Of a stretch of DNA of 64,000 bases, positions 9,965 to 19,511 are shown one piece after another. The translations under genes and the position numbers were made by a program. The notes beneath the pieces are model-generated. The model was given only the letters and a program-made list of their open reading frames with translations, did not search any database and was not told the DNA's origin. Every line of letters begins with the position of its first letter. The stretch's first letter is position 1. The DNA comes from Candidatus Hydrogenedentota bacterium (GTDB taxonomy: Bacteria; Hydrogenedentota; Hydrogenedentia; Hydrogenedentales; SLHB01). The DNA lies in assembly GCA_963668025.2 (NCBI GenBank), contig CAXXTH010000017.1, positions 192,001 to 256,000 of the forward strand, read 5' to 3'.

Positions 9965-11305
9965 ATGGAAAGCGGGCATAGTAGCCGCAACCAGCAAGTG
10001 CTGCTCGACATCATTTCCGACGGCCTGTTCACCGTCGATGCGCAGTGCCGCATCACTGCGTTTAACCAGGCGGCCGAGCGAATAACCGGCGTCGCCCGTG
10101 AAGACGCCATAGGCCGTTTATGCCAAGAGGTGTTCCGTTCGGAATACTGCGGCGAAGAATGCATCCTGCGAAGCCGTTTTGAAGCAGGCGACACGGAGCC
10201 TGCGCATATACGGCTCCATGCCGTTTTCCGGGATGGCCGCCATGCGCAGCTCGATGTCTGTGCGGCGGCTTTTTCCGATGAAAATGGCGCGTTCGCGGGA
10301 GGCGTCATCGCCTTTCACGAATATATGGCGCATGCGCCGGGGCGGCGGAGGGTGCGCCGTGAAGCCGCGGCTGTCCATGGAATCATCAGTAAAAATACGG
10401 AAATGCTGCGCCTGCTGGCGTTGCTGCCCGATTTGGCCCGCTGCGGCAGCACGGTGGTTATTGAAGGCCCCAGCGGTTCAGGCAAGGAGCTTTTCGCGCG
10501 CGCTATTCATAATTTAAGCCCCCGCCAGAGCGGGCGGTACGTCGCCGTGAATTGCGGAGCGCTGCCCGATGCGCTTTTGGAATCGGAACTATTCGGATAT
10601 AAGCGAGGCGCATTCACCGATGCGCGCCAAGACAAGCTGGGCCGGTTCGCCCTGGCGGAAGGCGGCACGCTGTTTCTCGATGAAGTGGGCGAGCTGCCCC
10701 GGACGCTCCAAGTGAAACTGCTCCGCGTATTGCAGGAAAAAGAATACGAACCGGTCGGCGGCGTGGAAACCCTGCGCACGGACGTGCGCGTGATCGCCGC
10801 CACAAACCGGCCGTTGCTCGAACTGGTCGAGCAGGGCCGGTTTCGGTCGGATCTCTTCTACCGGCTCAATGTAGTGCGGCTGGCGCTGCCTCCGCTGTCC
10901 CAGCGGCGCGAAGATATCCCGCTGCTGGTGGAGCATTTCATCGAACACTTCTGCAAGGAAAAGGGGAAAAACATCGTAGGCGTTAACCGGGAAGCGCTCG
11001 GCCTGCTCGTTCATCACGCCTTTCCGGGAAATGTGCGGGAACTCGAAAATGCCATCGAACACGCCTTCGTGCTCTGCCATGGAGCGGAGATCCTGCCGGA
11101 GCATCTTCCTGTTGAATTGCGGGGTAAGATTACAGCACCAAGTGCGGACGCCCCGTCGAGCGGCCGCCCGCTCGAACGCTCGGAAGCGGCGGCTATCGAA
11201 GAGGCCTTGCGGCGTCATGAAGGCAATCGCGCGCAAACCGCCCGCGCCTTGCATATTCACAACACCACGCTGTGGCGCAAAATGCGGAAATACGGCATAC
11301 AGTAG
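9965..11305 (+). CDS. PAS-domain sigma-54 enhancer-binding protein with Fis-type HTH
   Basis: N-terminal PAS; GPSGSGKE, ESELFG, GAFTDA, LFLDEV and FPGNVRELEN motifs; C-terminal HTH. Confidence 0.95.
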   Translation: MESGHSSRNQQVLLDIISDGLFTVDAQCRITAFNQAAERITGVAREDAIGRLCQEVFRSEYCGEECILRSRFEAGDTEPAHIRLHAVFRDGRHAQLDVCAAAFSDENGAFAGGVIAFHEYMAHAPGRRRVRREAAAVHGIISKNTEMLRLLALLPDLARCGSTVVIEGPSGSGKELFARAIHNLSPRQSGRYVAVNCGALPDALLESELFGYKRGAFTDARQDKLGRFALAEGGTLFLDEVGELPRTLQVKLLRVLQEKEYEPVGGVETLRTDVRVIAATNRPLLELVEQGRFRSDLFYRLNVVRLALPPLSQRREDIPLLVEHFIEHFCKEKGKNIVGVNREALGLLVHHAFPGNVRELENAIEHAFVLCHGAEILPEHLPVELRGKITAPSADAPSSGRPLERSEAAAIEEALRRHEGNRAQTARALHIHNTTLWRKMRKYGIQ

Positions 11306-11335
11306 CTGCCGGGGCGGGAAGCTAAACTCAGGAGA

Positions 11336-12382
11336 TTACCGTATAATTGGGTTGGTGGAATCACGGATGATCAAGCGCGGCTCCACCAATTCCTGGATGA
11401 TGAATCCGTCGTTTTTCTTTGAACTCAACCGGTCCAAAAGCGCCTTGGTGGCCATCGCGGCGATTTCCTGGTCCGGATGGCGGAAAGTCGTCAATAAAGG
11501 TGTTACCGCTGACGCAAAGGGAAAGTCATCATACCCCATAATACTGATATCGGCAGGCACTTCATATCCAAGTTCACGCGCGGCTTGCAGCGCGCCCACC
11601 GCCAGAAAGTCCGTAAACGCAAAGATGCTATCTGGACGATCCTTCAAGGCGAACATGGCCAGCGCCGCATCGCGCCCGCCTTCGATTTTCATGGGAACGC
11701 TGCTGATCCATCTGGGATTCAACGGCAAATGCTGGCGTTTAAGCTCATCTTGAAAACCACGCAGCATGACCAGCGAATCCAGCCGGGGAGTATTGTTTTC
11801 CGAACCGCCGATAAAGGCGATTTTTTTGCGCCCGATTTGTGCGAGATGCTGCACGGCGAGGCGTCCCGCTATATCGTTATCGGCATCGACATAATTACAA
11901 TCCGAGTACACGGACGAACCGATCAGAACGAAAGGGACAGAGCCTTGGCGCAAGATTTCCACAATCCGGTCGTTCTCACGAGGCGCAATATGGAGCACGC
12001 CGGCGAGAGGTATGCCCGCGAAAACATGCAAGCCCGGATCTTCGGACGCATCATCGATCTCGAGTATCACATGGTATCCGCGGCTGCGCGTCACCGATTT
12101 GATGCCATCGAAAATGCGGGCGATATTATGCGCCGCGCCGGGGTCCATGCTCAGCGGAACACTCGTCGAGACGCCAATGATATTGGTTTGCCCGGCAAGG
12201 CCCTTTCCAAACACATTCGAGGTATAGTTTTTCCTTTTGATGACCTCTTCAACGCGTTTGCGGGTATCGGGATCAATAGGGTGGTCCACCTTGTTGACGA
12301 CACGCGAAACCGTCGCCACGGAGACGCCGGCCTCTTGAGCGATTTCCGCGATAGTCACCCGTTTTCCTGGTTTTGAAAACAT
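11336..12382 (-). CDS. LacI-family transcriptional regulator
   Basis: TIAEIAQEAGVSVATVSRVVN HTH followed by a sugar-binding domain (SIMGYDD, PLLTT). Confidence 0.95.
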   Translation of the reverse strand: MFSKPGKRVTIAEIAQEAGVSVATVSRVVNKVDHPIDPDTRKRVEEVIKRKNYTSNVFGKGLAGQTNIIGVSTSVPLSMDPGAAHNIARIFDGIKSVTRSRGYHVILEIDDASEDPGLHVFAGIPLAGVLHIAPRENDRIVEILRQGSVPFVLIGSSVYSDCNYVDADNDIAGRLAVQHLAQIGRKKIAFIGGSENNTPRLDSLVMLRGFQDELKRQHLPLNPRWISSVPMKIEGGRDAALAMFALKDRPDSIFAFTDFLAVGALQAARELGYEVPADISIMGYDDFPFASAVTPLLTTFRHPDQEIAAMATKALLDRLSSKKNDGFIIQELVEPRLIIRDSTNPIIR

Positions 12383-13087
12383 TATGCGCCTGCTTTCATA
12401 AAGAGATGATGCATGGGATTCGTCTGGCGTTCTTCATGCGCCAAGCATGCTCCGCAGGTGGAACCTATTGCGGTGCAACGCCGTATGCACACAGCCAATC
12501 CCCCATTACCTTCCATAGCATAATAACGCTTAGCCTGCCTGAATGCAATGAATACCGCCGACATGTTGCCATCGGAATGTGCCATTCTCATCCACTTCTT
12601 GCCGCATAATGCGTTATGAACCGCCATTGCCCAGCCCAGCACCCTGCATCCATTTTCTGGCGCTTGATGCTGGGATACATGTGCATTTCACCTTTCGCGC
12701 AGCCCATGCCGCCGGGAAGCGCTTTCTTATAGTATAGCATCTTTAGCTCTAGGCGAATCAAGAAATGTGCTCCCTGTTTATTCTAATCCATTCTAAGCCA
12801 GCATGTTGAACAGTACAAAGCGCATGGCCCCATTCACGCAACGGAATAGCTTGCCTATCCAGAAATGTATACGTTTACTATCTGGCGGGCGGATTCCTGC
12901 TTTGTAACGCGGAGCCATGCGGCATGCGTCGCCATCTTGGGCTTCTTGTGCGGTAACGAGGGGCATTCTGGCTGGAAGCCCGTTCCTGCGTGTACAATAC
13001 CCCTATCGTGTTTCGCGGGATAGTCATTGCGAAGCGCGGGGCATGTTTGCGCGGGTGCCGTAAGTTGCCGGGCAAGGAGGAATGCGC

Positions 13088-15571
13088 ATGGCGGCGGATG
13101 AGGCAAGGACACTGCGAATTTATTGCATCTGCGGCCAGAAGATGAAAGTGACGTCCGCCATGTCCGGGCGTCCTGGCAAATGCATTGCATGCCGCCAGAA
13201 ACTGCGCATTCCTGAGTTTGACACCCTGCCAGAAGAGATCCAGTCGATCTCGCTCCATGATCACCCGGAATACTTGCGGGCGACCGTCGCGCTCCGTGCG
13301 CGGCAATCCCGTAAAATCACGGGCAAGCCTGCCGCACACCCGGCGGTGGAGCAAGTGGAGTATGAGCCCATTGAAATGGAGCTTCCGCAGGGGCGCGAGC
13401 AGGAACGCCGCATACCGCTGGATGTGCTCGAGCCGCTCCGGCTGCTGGTGAGCCTTGAACACCGCCTCAAGCATAAACTCAGCCTGGCGGCGGAAACCGA
13501 GGAAGGCCGGGCGAACGGGTTTTCCAGGAACGAACTCGAAGAGCGGTTTAGCGCGGTGCGAGACGCCCGGGAGGCGTTTGATGAATCCTTGCGCCAGCGC
13601 TTGACGGAGACCGTGCTTGAACTGGAATCCATATCGGCGCGTGTTAAAAAAATGCGGCAGTCCGCCTCAAAAAGCGAGGTGGGCTTTTCGGAGTACTTGG
13701 GACACATGGCCCGGCTGCGGTGCCGCCGCGACACCCTTGAACGCCGTAAAGCCAATCTGCGGGGATGGCTGGCCGTGGAAACTCCATACGAAGCGGGCGG
13801 CTATATCCGGCTGGCGCTGGATCGCCTTCCTGAAGAGGGGAGCATCGAATTCCATCATGAGCCCAATGGCGATATTCCGGCTGTTGCTTGGTGGATGCAG
13901 GCGTTGCGGGCCGCACTCGAGTCGCATGGGGATGCGGACGACTCCGGCGGCAACGGTTCCGAAGACCAGCATGAACGGGCCGCCCAGCGCTGCGCTTTTG
14001 AGCGGAAAGAAGCGGAGATTGCATTTTGCCGGGGGCGGATTGGACGCTGCGCCGTGGATTGCGGCGAAGACCTCGATGTGCTCGAACGGCAATTGGGCGC
14101 GTTGCGGGCGCAGGTAAGCAAGGGCCGGATAGGCGTCAAAGCATATGATGTCCGGGAGAAGCAGTATCGAAAACACCATGACGCACTCGAACAAATCCGG
14201 GAAACGGCTGAACAGGCGCTTGCCGCTAATACGCCCAATAGCCTGCCGCCCGCGCTCCACGCGGAAGCCATCGAAGCGCCGGATAGTGCGCCTCAGATGC
14301 CGCCTCGCGCCAACACCCACTTGATGCGGCTAGGCAGCTTGCTGCTTTTTCTCAGCTTATATACGCCGTTGTTTGGCGCTCCGATGCTGGCGCCCATATG
14401 GATGTCACCTGGCCCAGCCCAGAATACTGGCCTGATTATGTTGGTGGCTGGAATCGCCATGCTGCCCATGTTGGGAAGCTTTATCTTGGCGGGCAAGCCT
14501 GCGGTTCGGGGAATGCTTGCGCTGGGATGTGCGGCCACATTGGCGGCCGGGGCGGGCGTGTACGCCCTATGGCTAGGCGTGCGCCAGGAATCACCGCAGG
14601 CGGCCCAAGCCGCCTCGGATGTGCTCGCCGCATGGCCTGGCCTGGCGGCATACGGCTTGGCGGTGTTAGTTTTGCTGGGCAGCGGGGCCGCCACGGTGCT
14701 GGGTAGGCATGTGCGGCGGCTCTCGATAGCCGCAACGGTGGCGCTTGCGCTGACGGGAATGGGCCTTGCAGCCGCTGGAAAAATAGATGCCCATTTCGGG
14801 CCAGCAATGGAAGTCCATATCGAAACTCCTGATAACAGCGGAGCCTATCCGGTGCAGCTCGATATGCTGCCCCGGGGATTTGGCATTCCTTCGCTTGGCC
14901 AGGATGGCTCCACCGCCCATTTCATGCTCGAACGGGCGGAAGCGGCGGGTGAATGGTCTTTCGCGGGGCCGCCCCTTTCCATTATACGGCTCGACTCCAA
15001 AGATTCACGGCCGGATGAAACGGATAGCTTGATACAACCTGGTTTTTCCCAGCCTGCTAGATTCAGCTACCGGTTGCCGGCGGGTTCATACCGCGCGGCA
15101 TTAGCCGGTAACGTTTTAGCGTCGTTCGAACTGGAAGCCATTGCCGCGCCATCCCCGCCGCCTCCCGTGCAGGCGGCGCTTCCGAACGAACCTGCCCCGG
15201 CCAGCGAACAGGGCCTTATTCCTGCGCTTGAAGAAGCCCAAATCCCAAGCGAACCAGGAGGGGAGCCCGCTGACGGTTCTGCCCCTTCTGCCCCGGCGGT
15301 TTCCGCGAATGGCATTGAAGTGGAGCTGCGGGGAGTCATGGCGGCGCAGGGCCGCGAACCGCAATTCACCTTGGACATCTACTATCCCGATGGGCGAGTG
15401 CAAGATCGGATCGTTTCACTTGGGGATACCATCGACGAGCCATGGTTTGTAGCCGAATACAATCCATCCTTGCAGACCTTAACCTTATCAAATGAAGAGC
15501 GCTTTTTGATCTTGAGGAATGGCCAAAGAGTATCACTTGAGGAGATCCCGGAAGGATATGATTCTCCTTAA
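13088..15571 (+). CDS. Hypothetical membrane protein: N-terminal Zn ribbon, coiled coil, about 5 TM helices, extracytoplasmic C-terminal domain
   Basis: CICG...CIAC motif, charged helical region, hydrophobic segments at about aa 415-565 and a Pro-rich linker. Confidence 0.8.
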   Translation: MAADEARTLRIYCICGQKMKVTSAMSGRPGKCIACRQKLRIPEFDTLPEEIQSISLHDHPEYLRATVALRARQSRKITGKPAAHPAVEQVEYEPIEMELPQGREQERRIPLDVLEPLRLLVSLEHRLKHKLSLAAETEEGRANGFSRNELEERFSAVRDAREAFDESLRQRLTETVLELESISARVKKMRQSASKSEVGFSEYLGHMARLRCRRDTLERRKANLRGWLAVETPYEAGGYIRLALDRLPEEGSIEFHHEPNGDIPAVAWWMQALRAALESHGDADDSGGNGSEDQHERAAQRCAFERKEAEIAFCRGRIGRCAVDCGEDLDVLERQLGALRAQVSKGRIGVKAYDVREKQYRKHHDALEQIRETAEQALAANTPNSLPPALHAEAIEAPDSAPQMPPRANTHLMRLGSLLLFLSLYTPLFGAPMLAPIWMSPGPAQNTGLIMLVAGIAMLPMLGSFILAGKPAVRGMLALGCAATLAAGAGVYALWLGVRQESPQAAQAASDVLAAWPGLAAYGLAVLVLLGSGAATVLGRHVRRLSIAATVALALTGMGLAAAGKIDAHFGPAMEVHIETPDNSGAYPVQLDMLPRGFGIPSLGQDGSTAHFMLERAEAAGEWSFAGPPLSIIRLDSKDSRPDETDSLIQPGFSQPARFSYRLPAGSYRAALAGNVLASFELEAIAAPSPPPPVQAALPNEPAPASEQGLIPALEEAQIPSEPGGEPADGSAPSAPAVSANGIEVELRGVMAAQGREPQFTLDIYYPDGRVQDRIVSLGDTIDEPWFVAEYNPSLQTLTLSNEERFLILRNGQRVSLEEIPEGYDSP

Positions 15572-15721
15572 GAAGGTGGGTGAGGCGCGGCGGAGCGTTC
15601 CATAATGAACCACTTGAAAAACATCGAAAACTAGATTGTTGACAATCCTGCACCTAACTGTGAGGGGTGCAATCAAAAAGACGCGAAACCAGGCGGAAGC
15701 AAAAATTCATGAACGAAAGGG

Positions 15722-15750
15722 TTGCGTTCTACGCGAGAGCGTGTTAAACT
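15722..15750 (+). promoter_or_regulatory. Sigma70-like promoter for a candidate RNA
   Basis: TTGCGT-17 bp-TAAACT with an extended -10 TG. Confidence 0.5.
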
Positions 15751-15756
15751 CTAATT

Positions 15757-15903
15757 GGTCAGCGCCACATGTGGCGTTTCTCCTTCCGCGGAGGCCCTGG
15801 CGATTACGTCCTGGGCCTCTAAAATAACTCGCGGTCGGAACAGCGTTCCTGGATTGCGAGAGAGTATATGGACCGCGAGTGTAACGCTCGCGGTTCTCTT
15901 TTT
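15757..15903 (+). ncRNA. Candidate structured sRNA or attenuator-like RNA ending in an intrinsic terminator
   Basis: Several hairpins; mutually exclusive pairings 15827-15836/15871-15880 versus terminator 15870-15896 followed by a U-rich tail. Confidence 0.55.
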
Positions 15904-16009
15904 CTGGCAAGCATTGCGACGGCCTCCGTTGCTCTTCCCCTCCTCCAAAAAAATCAGGCCTGCCTGGAGCTTGTTACGTGTTGCCGGTGTAATAGAAATC
16001 CCCGCAATT

Positions 16010-16038
16010 TTGACATTGAAGGGGATCTCGACTAGAAT
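16010..16038 (+). promoter_or_regulatory. Sigma70 promoter upstream of the acyl-CoA dehydrogenase gene
   Basis: TTGACA-17 bp-TAGAAT. Confidence 0.7.
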
Positions 16039-16104
16039 TAGCCGCTCAGGCATATCTTCCTAAAATCAGGCGCGTTGCGGCAGCAGGGACGCTGGGGACG
16101 GCGA

Positions 16105-18084
16105 ATGAGAGTCACGCAAAATCAGGAAAAACTCCTTTCCAACAACCTTGCCGAAGAGGCGCAAGAACGCGGAGAAAACACTCCGAGTTTTGTTGCGGCC
16201 CTGTTCAATGGTGAGCTGCGTTGGGACTTGATTCATCCCTTTCCCGAGCAGGATGCCGCGGAAAAGAAAATTGGTGATGAATTCATCGATAAGATCCACG
16301 CGGTGTTGGAAGAGTACATCGATCCGAATGAAGTGGATCGCCTCGGTGAAATCCCGGAAGAAGCGCTGCTCACCTTATCGGAATTAGGCTGCTTCGGCAT
16401 GCGCATTCCGAAAGAATATGGGGGCTTGGGATTCTCAGAAACGAATTACCACCGGGTCATCGGATTTGTGTCCAGCTATTGCAGTTCCACGGCGGTATGG
16501 CTCGCCGCGCACCAAAGCGCGGGGGCGGTTGAACCGCTATTGCTGTTCGGCACGGAAACCCAAAAACGCACCTATCTGCCCCGTTTGGCGCGCGGAGCCT
16601 TGTCCGCTTTCGCTTTGACTGAACCTAGCGTCGGCAGTGACCCCGCCATGATGAAGACGTTGGCTACTCCCAGCGCGGACGGCGCTTCATACCGCTTGAA
16701 TGGGGAAAAACTGTGGTGTACGAATGGCCCCAGCGCGGAGCTTATGCTCGTGGTGGCGCTTGCGCCGCCGAGAAAAGGTTCTGGACAAGATAAGCCCCAG
16801 CCCACGGCATTCCTCGTGGAAACCAGCCAGCCCGGCTTCGAAGTGCGGCATATATCTTCGCTCATGGGCATTCGCGGCGTTTCGACCGGCCTTTTGCGTT
16901 TCAGGAATTTTGAAGTTCCCGCATCGAATATGGTGGGCGAATTGGGCCAAGGCCTCAAAATCGCCATGACCACGCTCAACACGGCCCGCCTCACCTTGCC
17001 TGCGGCGTTAGGCGCGCTCGGGAAACTCAGCGTTCATTACGCGCGCGATTGGTGCCGCAAGCGCGTGCAATGGGGCGTCCCTATCGGCCGGCATCAAGCG
17101 GTGGCGGTGCGGACGGCCCATATGGCGGCTTGCGCGTTCGCCATGGACAGCATCAGCACGCAGGTGAACGCCATGGTGGACAAGGGCGGAGCTGATTTCC
17201 GCGTGGAATCCGCTATGGCAAAATACTACTGCTGTGAAAATGCGTGGCGGATTTGTGATGGCTTGGTGCAAGTGCGCGGGGGCCGCGGCGTCGAGACCGC
17301 CGAATCACTGGCCAGCCTCGGAGAAGATCCCGTACCCGCCGAACGCATGCTGCGCGACGCCTTGGTGGCCCGGCTGCTTGGCGGCACCAGCGATATTATG
17401 CGCCTCTTTATCGCCCGCGAAGTGATGGACATCCATGTAAAACGCTTCGCCCCCATTGTCGAGGCGGGGAAAAACCACGGGCCGCTGTTTTGGGAGGCCG
17501 CCCGGTATTACGCCAAGTGGTATGCGAAACAATGGATTCCAGCCTTCGCACCGGGCGGCGCGCGCCATTTATCCCGGCGGAATCGCGCCCATCTGCGCTT
17601 CATCGCCCACACCAGCAGGCGCCTTTCCCGCGCCCTTTTCCATACGATGCTCCGGTATCGCCAGCGTTTGGAACATGAGCAAGTCGCGATTCGCGCACTT
17701 GTGGATATAGGCGCACAGCTTTTCGCCATGTCCTCCGTGCTTTCCCGGACAGAACACCTTGCGGCAAAAGGAGCGGTGGATGTGCGGGCGCTTCAGGAAC
17801 TGGCCGATTTATTCTGCACGGAAGCGCGCACCCAGGTGGCGCAAAGCTTCTCTTTGTTGCACCACCGTAAAACGGAACTCGCGCATGCCGTGGCGGAATC
17901 GTTTCTATCGGGAAGCTATGCCTGGCTGTCCAGTGATATCCATGAAGAATTCCCGCCCCAATTTCAATCCAAGGCAGGCGGACGCCTGGAACTGTATTGT
18001 GAAGAGGAAGGCGAATTGTCTTCGCCGGAACCCGCAATCGAATCCCGTTCGCCTCGCGCCAAGAGCAGATTCCGTCGCTCCTAG
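16105..18084 (+). CDS. Acyl-CoA dehydrogenase family protein (VLCAD/ACAD9-like length)
   Basis: IPKEYGGLG, AFALTEPSVGSD, LNGEKLWCTNG and RVQWGVPIG motifs; LLGGTSDI in place of IFEGT. Confidence 0.92.
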   Translation: MRVTQNQEKLLSNNLAEEAQERGENTPSFVAALFNGELRWDLIHPFPEQDAAEKKIGDEFIDKIHAVLEEYIDPNEVDRLGEIPEEALLTLSELGCFGMRIPKEYGGLGFSETNYHRVIGFVSSYCSSTAVWLAAHQSAGAVEPLLLFGTETQKRTYLPRLARGALSAFALTEPSVGSDPAMMKTLATPSADGASYRLNGEKLWCTNGPSAELMLVVALAPPRKGSGQDKPQPTAFLVETSQPGFEVRHISSLMGIRGVSTGLLRFRNFEVPASNMVGELGQGLKIAMTTLNTARLTLPAALGALGKLSVHYARDWCRKRVQWGVPIGRHQAVAVRTAHMAACAFAMDSISTQVNAMVDKGGADFRVESAMAKYYCCENAWRICDGLVQVRGGRGVETAESLASLGEDPVPAERMLRDALVARLLGGTSDIMRLFIAREVMDIHVKRFAPIVEAGKNHGPLFWEAARYYAKWYAKQWIPAFAPGGARHLSRRNRAHLRFIAHTSRRLSRALFHTMLRYRQRLEHEQVAIRALVDIGAQLFAMSSVLSRTEHLAAKGAVDVRALQELADLFCTEARTQVAQSFSLLHHRKTELAHAVAESFLSGSYAWLSSDIHEEFPPQFQSKAGGRLELYCEEEGELSSPEPAIESRSPRAKSRFRRS

Positions 18085-18106
18085 CGCATTGCGGCATGGA
18101 AATCCC

Positions 18107-18223
18107 GTGACACTTTGGCCGACTGAAGCAGCCTCTTATATTTGGCAGCCTTGTTTATTCTCTTTCGACGGTATTGATACCTCATTTTGCATCTGACGAC
18201 CGGCGAGGGCGTCGGTCCCACAC
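18107..18223. repeat. Degenerate copy of the GTAACACTTTAGCC-ended MITE
   Basis: About 115 bp colinear with 34511-34627. Confidence 0.75.
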
Positions 18224-18589
18224 ATTGCTTTCTAGAAAAAAGTGGGAGGCCGAAGGGGCATCCCAAGAGTCATTCTTTTCACACCGTCAATGTGTTGTAG
18301 ATTATCGCGCTGAGGACGCGGAGTCTCGCGGAGGAGATGTCTGCTCCGCGAAACTCCGCGCCCTTGGCGTTCTCTGCGTTAAAGCTTATTCCCATGGACG
18401 CCCTTGCCCTTCGGGCGTCGGTTTTCTGTTGCCAGCGGCTCGGCCTATGTAGGGCATGCGGCCTAGTGTATCGATACGGACAGGGATATGCGGGATATGC
18501 GCTTTTTAAGTGAAAATCCGGCTAATTCGGAATGAATGGGAAGCCATCGCTCTAAAACCTTTAATGGCAAAGGCATGTGTGCGCTTCGC

Positions 18590-18618
18590 TTGACATAAAT
18601 GGGGGGCGGCGCTAGTAT
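18590..18618 (+). promoter_or_regulatory. Sigma70 promoter
   Basis: TTGACA-17 bp-TAGTAT upstream of the CDS at 18682. Confidence 0.65.
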
Positions 18619-18681
18619 ATCTAAATTGAGCAGTGCGCAGTTTGCGGCGCATAAGCCGCGGAATTATAGAAAGGCGCCGGA

Positions 18682-19287
18682 ATGGGCGGTGTAAAAGATC
18701 AAGTCTTTACGAGTGGTGAAGTCGCACGCATATGTGGAGTTTCGCCCGACACGGTTTCCCGATGGTTTGACTTAGGCCAATTATCCGGTTATCGCTTAGG
18801 CCCTGGCGGCGACCGCCGCATCCCGTACGATAATTTGCGCCAATTTATGTTGAATCATGGCATCCCGTTGGATCGGCTCGAAGAAGATGAACGCCGTATC
18901 CTGGTAGTGGATGATGATCCGTATTATCTGGATACGATTCCAACCGCGTTGTCTCGAGTGGGGGATTATACGGTCTTTACGGCCTCCACTGGCTTTGACG
19001 CAGGGGCCATGGTCGCTGAACACAATCCCCAGCTCATCATACTCGATATTCATTTGTCGGATATGGACGGCCGCATGGTGTCCGAGCGCGTACGCACGCG
19101 GCCCGACACGAAAAATACCCGCATTTTAGCCATTTCGGGCTATATCGATGATGCGGAAGCCCAAGGCCTATCCCAATTCGGCTTCGATGATTTCCTCAAG
19201 AAACCGTTCAGTTTGGCGGAATTGACGGAGAAAGTCCAACTCCTGCTCGGGCAAGGCCCCACCAAACGGCGCTCGAAACGCGCCTGA
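18682..19287 (+). CDS. Response regulator with N-terminal excisionase-type HTH and C-terminal receiver domain
   Basis: FTSGEVARICGVSPDTVSRW...GGDRRI; LVVDDD, ILDIHL and KPF motifs. Confidence 0.93.
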   Translation: MGGVKDQVFTSGEVARICGVSPDTVSRWFDLGQLSGYRLGPGGDRRIPYDNLRQFMLNHGIPLDRLEEDERRILVVDDDPYYLDTIPTALSRVGDYTVFTASTGFDAGAMVAEHNPQLIILDIHLSDMDGRMVSERVRTRPDTKNTRILAISGYIDDAEAQGLSQFGFDDFLKKPFSLAELTEKVQLLLGQGPTKRRSKRA

Positions 19288-19511
19288 TCCCTTCTGTGGT
19301 TTGCCTGCGGAACAGCCGTGTGGCGAGCTGTGCGCACACCCCATCCGGAACAATATCTTGTGTCTACGAAAAGACTTGCATAGATATTGCGCTTGTGTTA
19401 TCCTCCCTTTCAAGATATAGCGTTGCAGTCTGGACACCTGCTGATGTTATACCACCCGTTGGGGTATATGGGGTGCTAAGCCGGGAGTAAATGGCCCGGT
19501 AGGGAGCAGCC

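Noticed and set aside
12383-13087. ncRNA or small gene in the 700-bp LacI intergenic region
   Set aside because: No convincing structure, SD-linked ORF or repeat could be identified by eye.
18682-19287. Excisionase of a mobile element
   Set aside because: The HTH is fused to a receiver domain, a common chromosomal regulator type, and no att site or integrase is adjacent.
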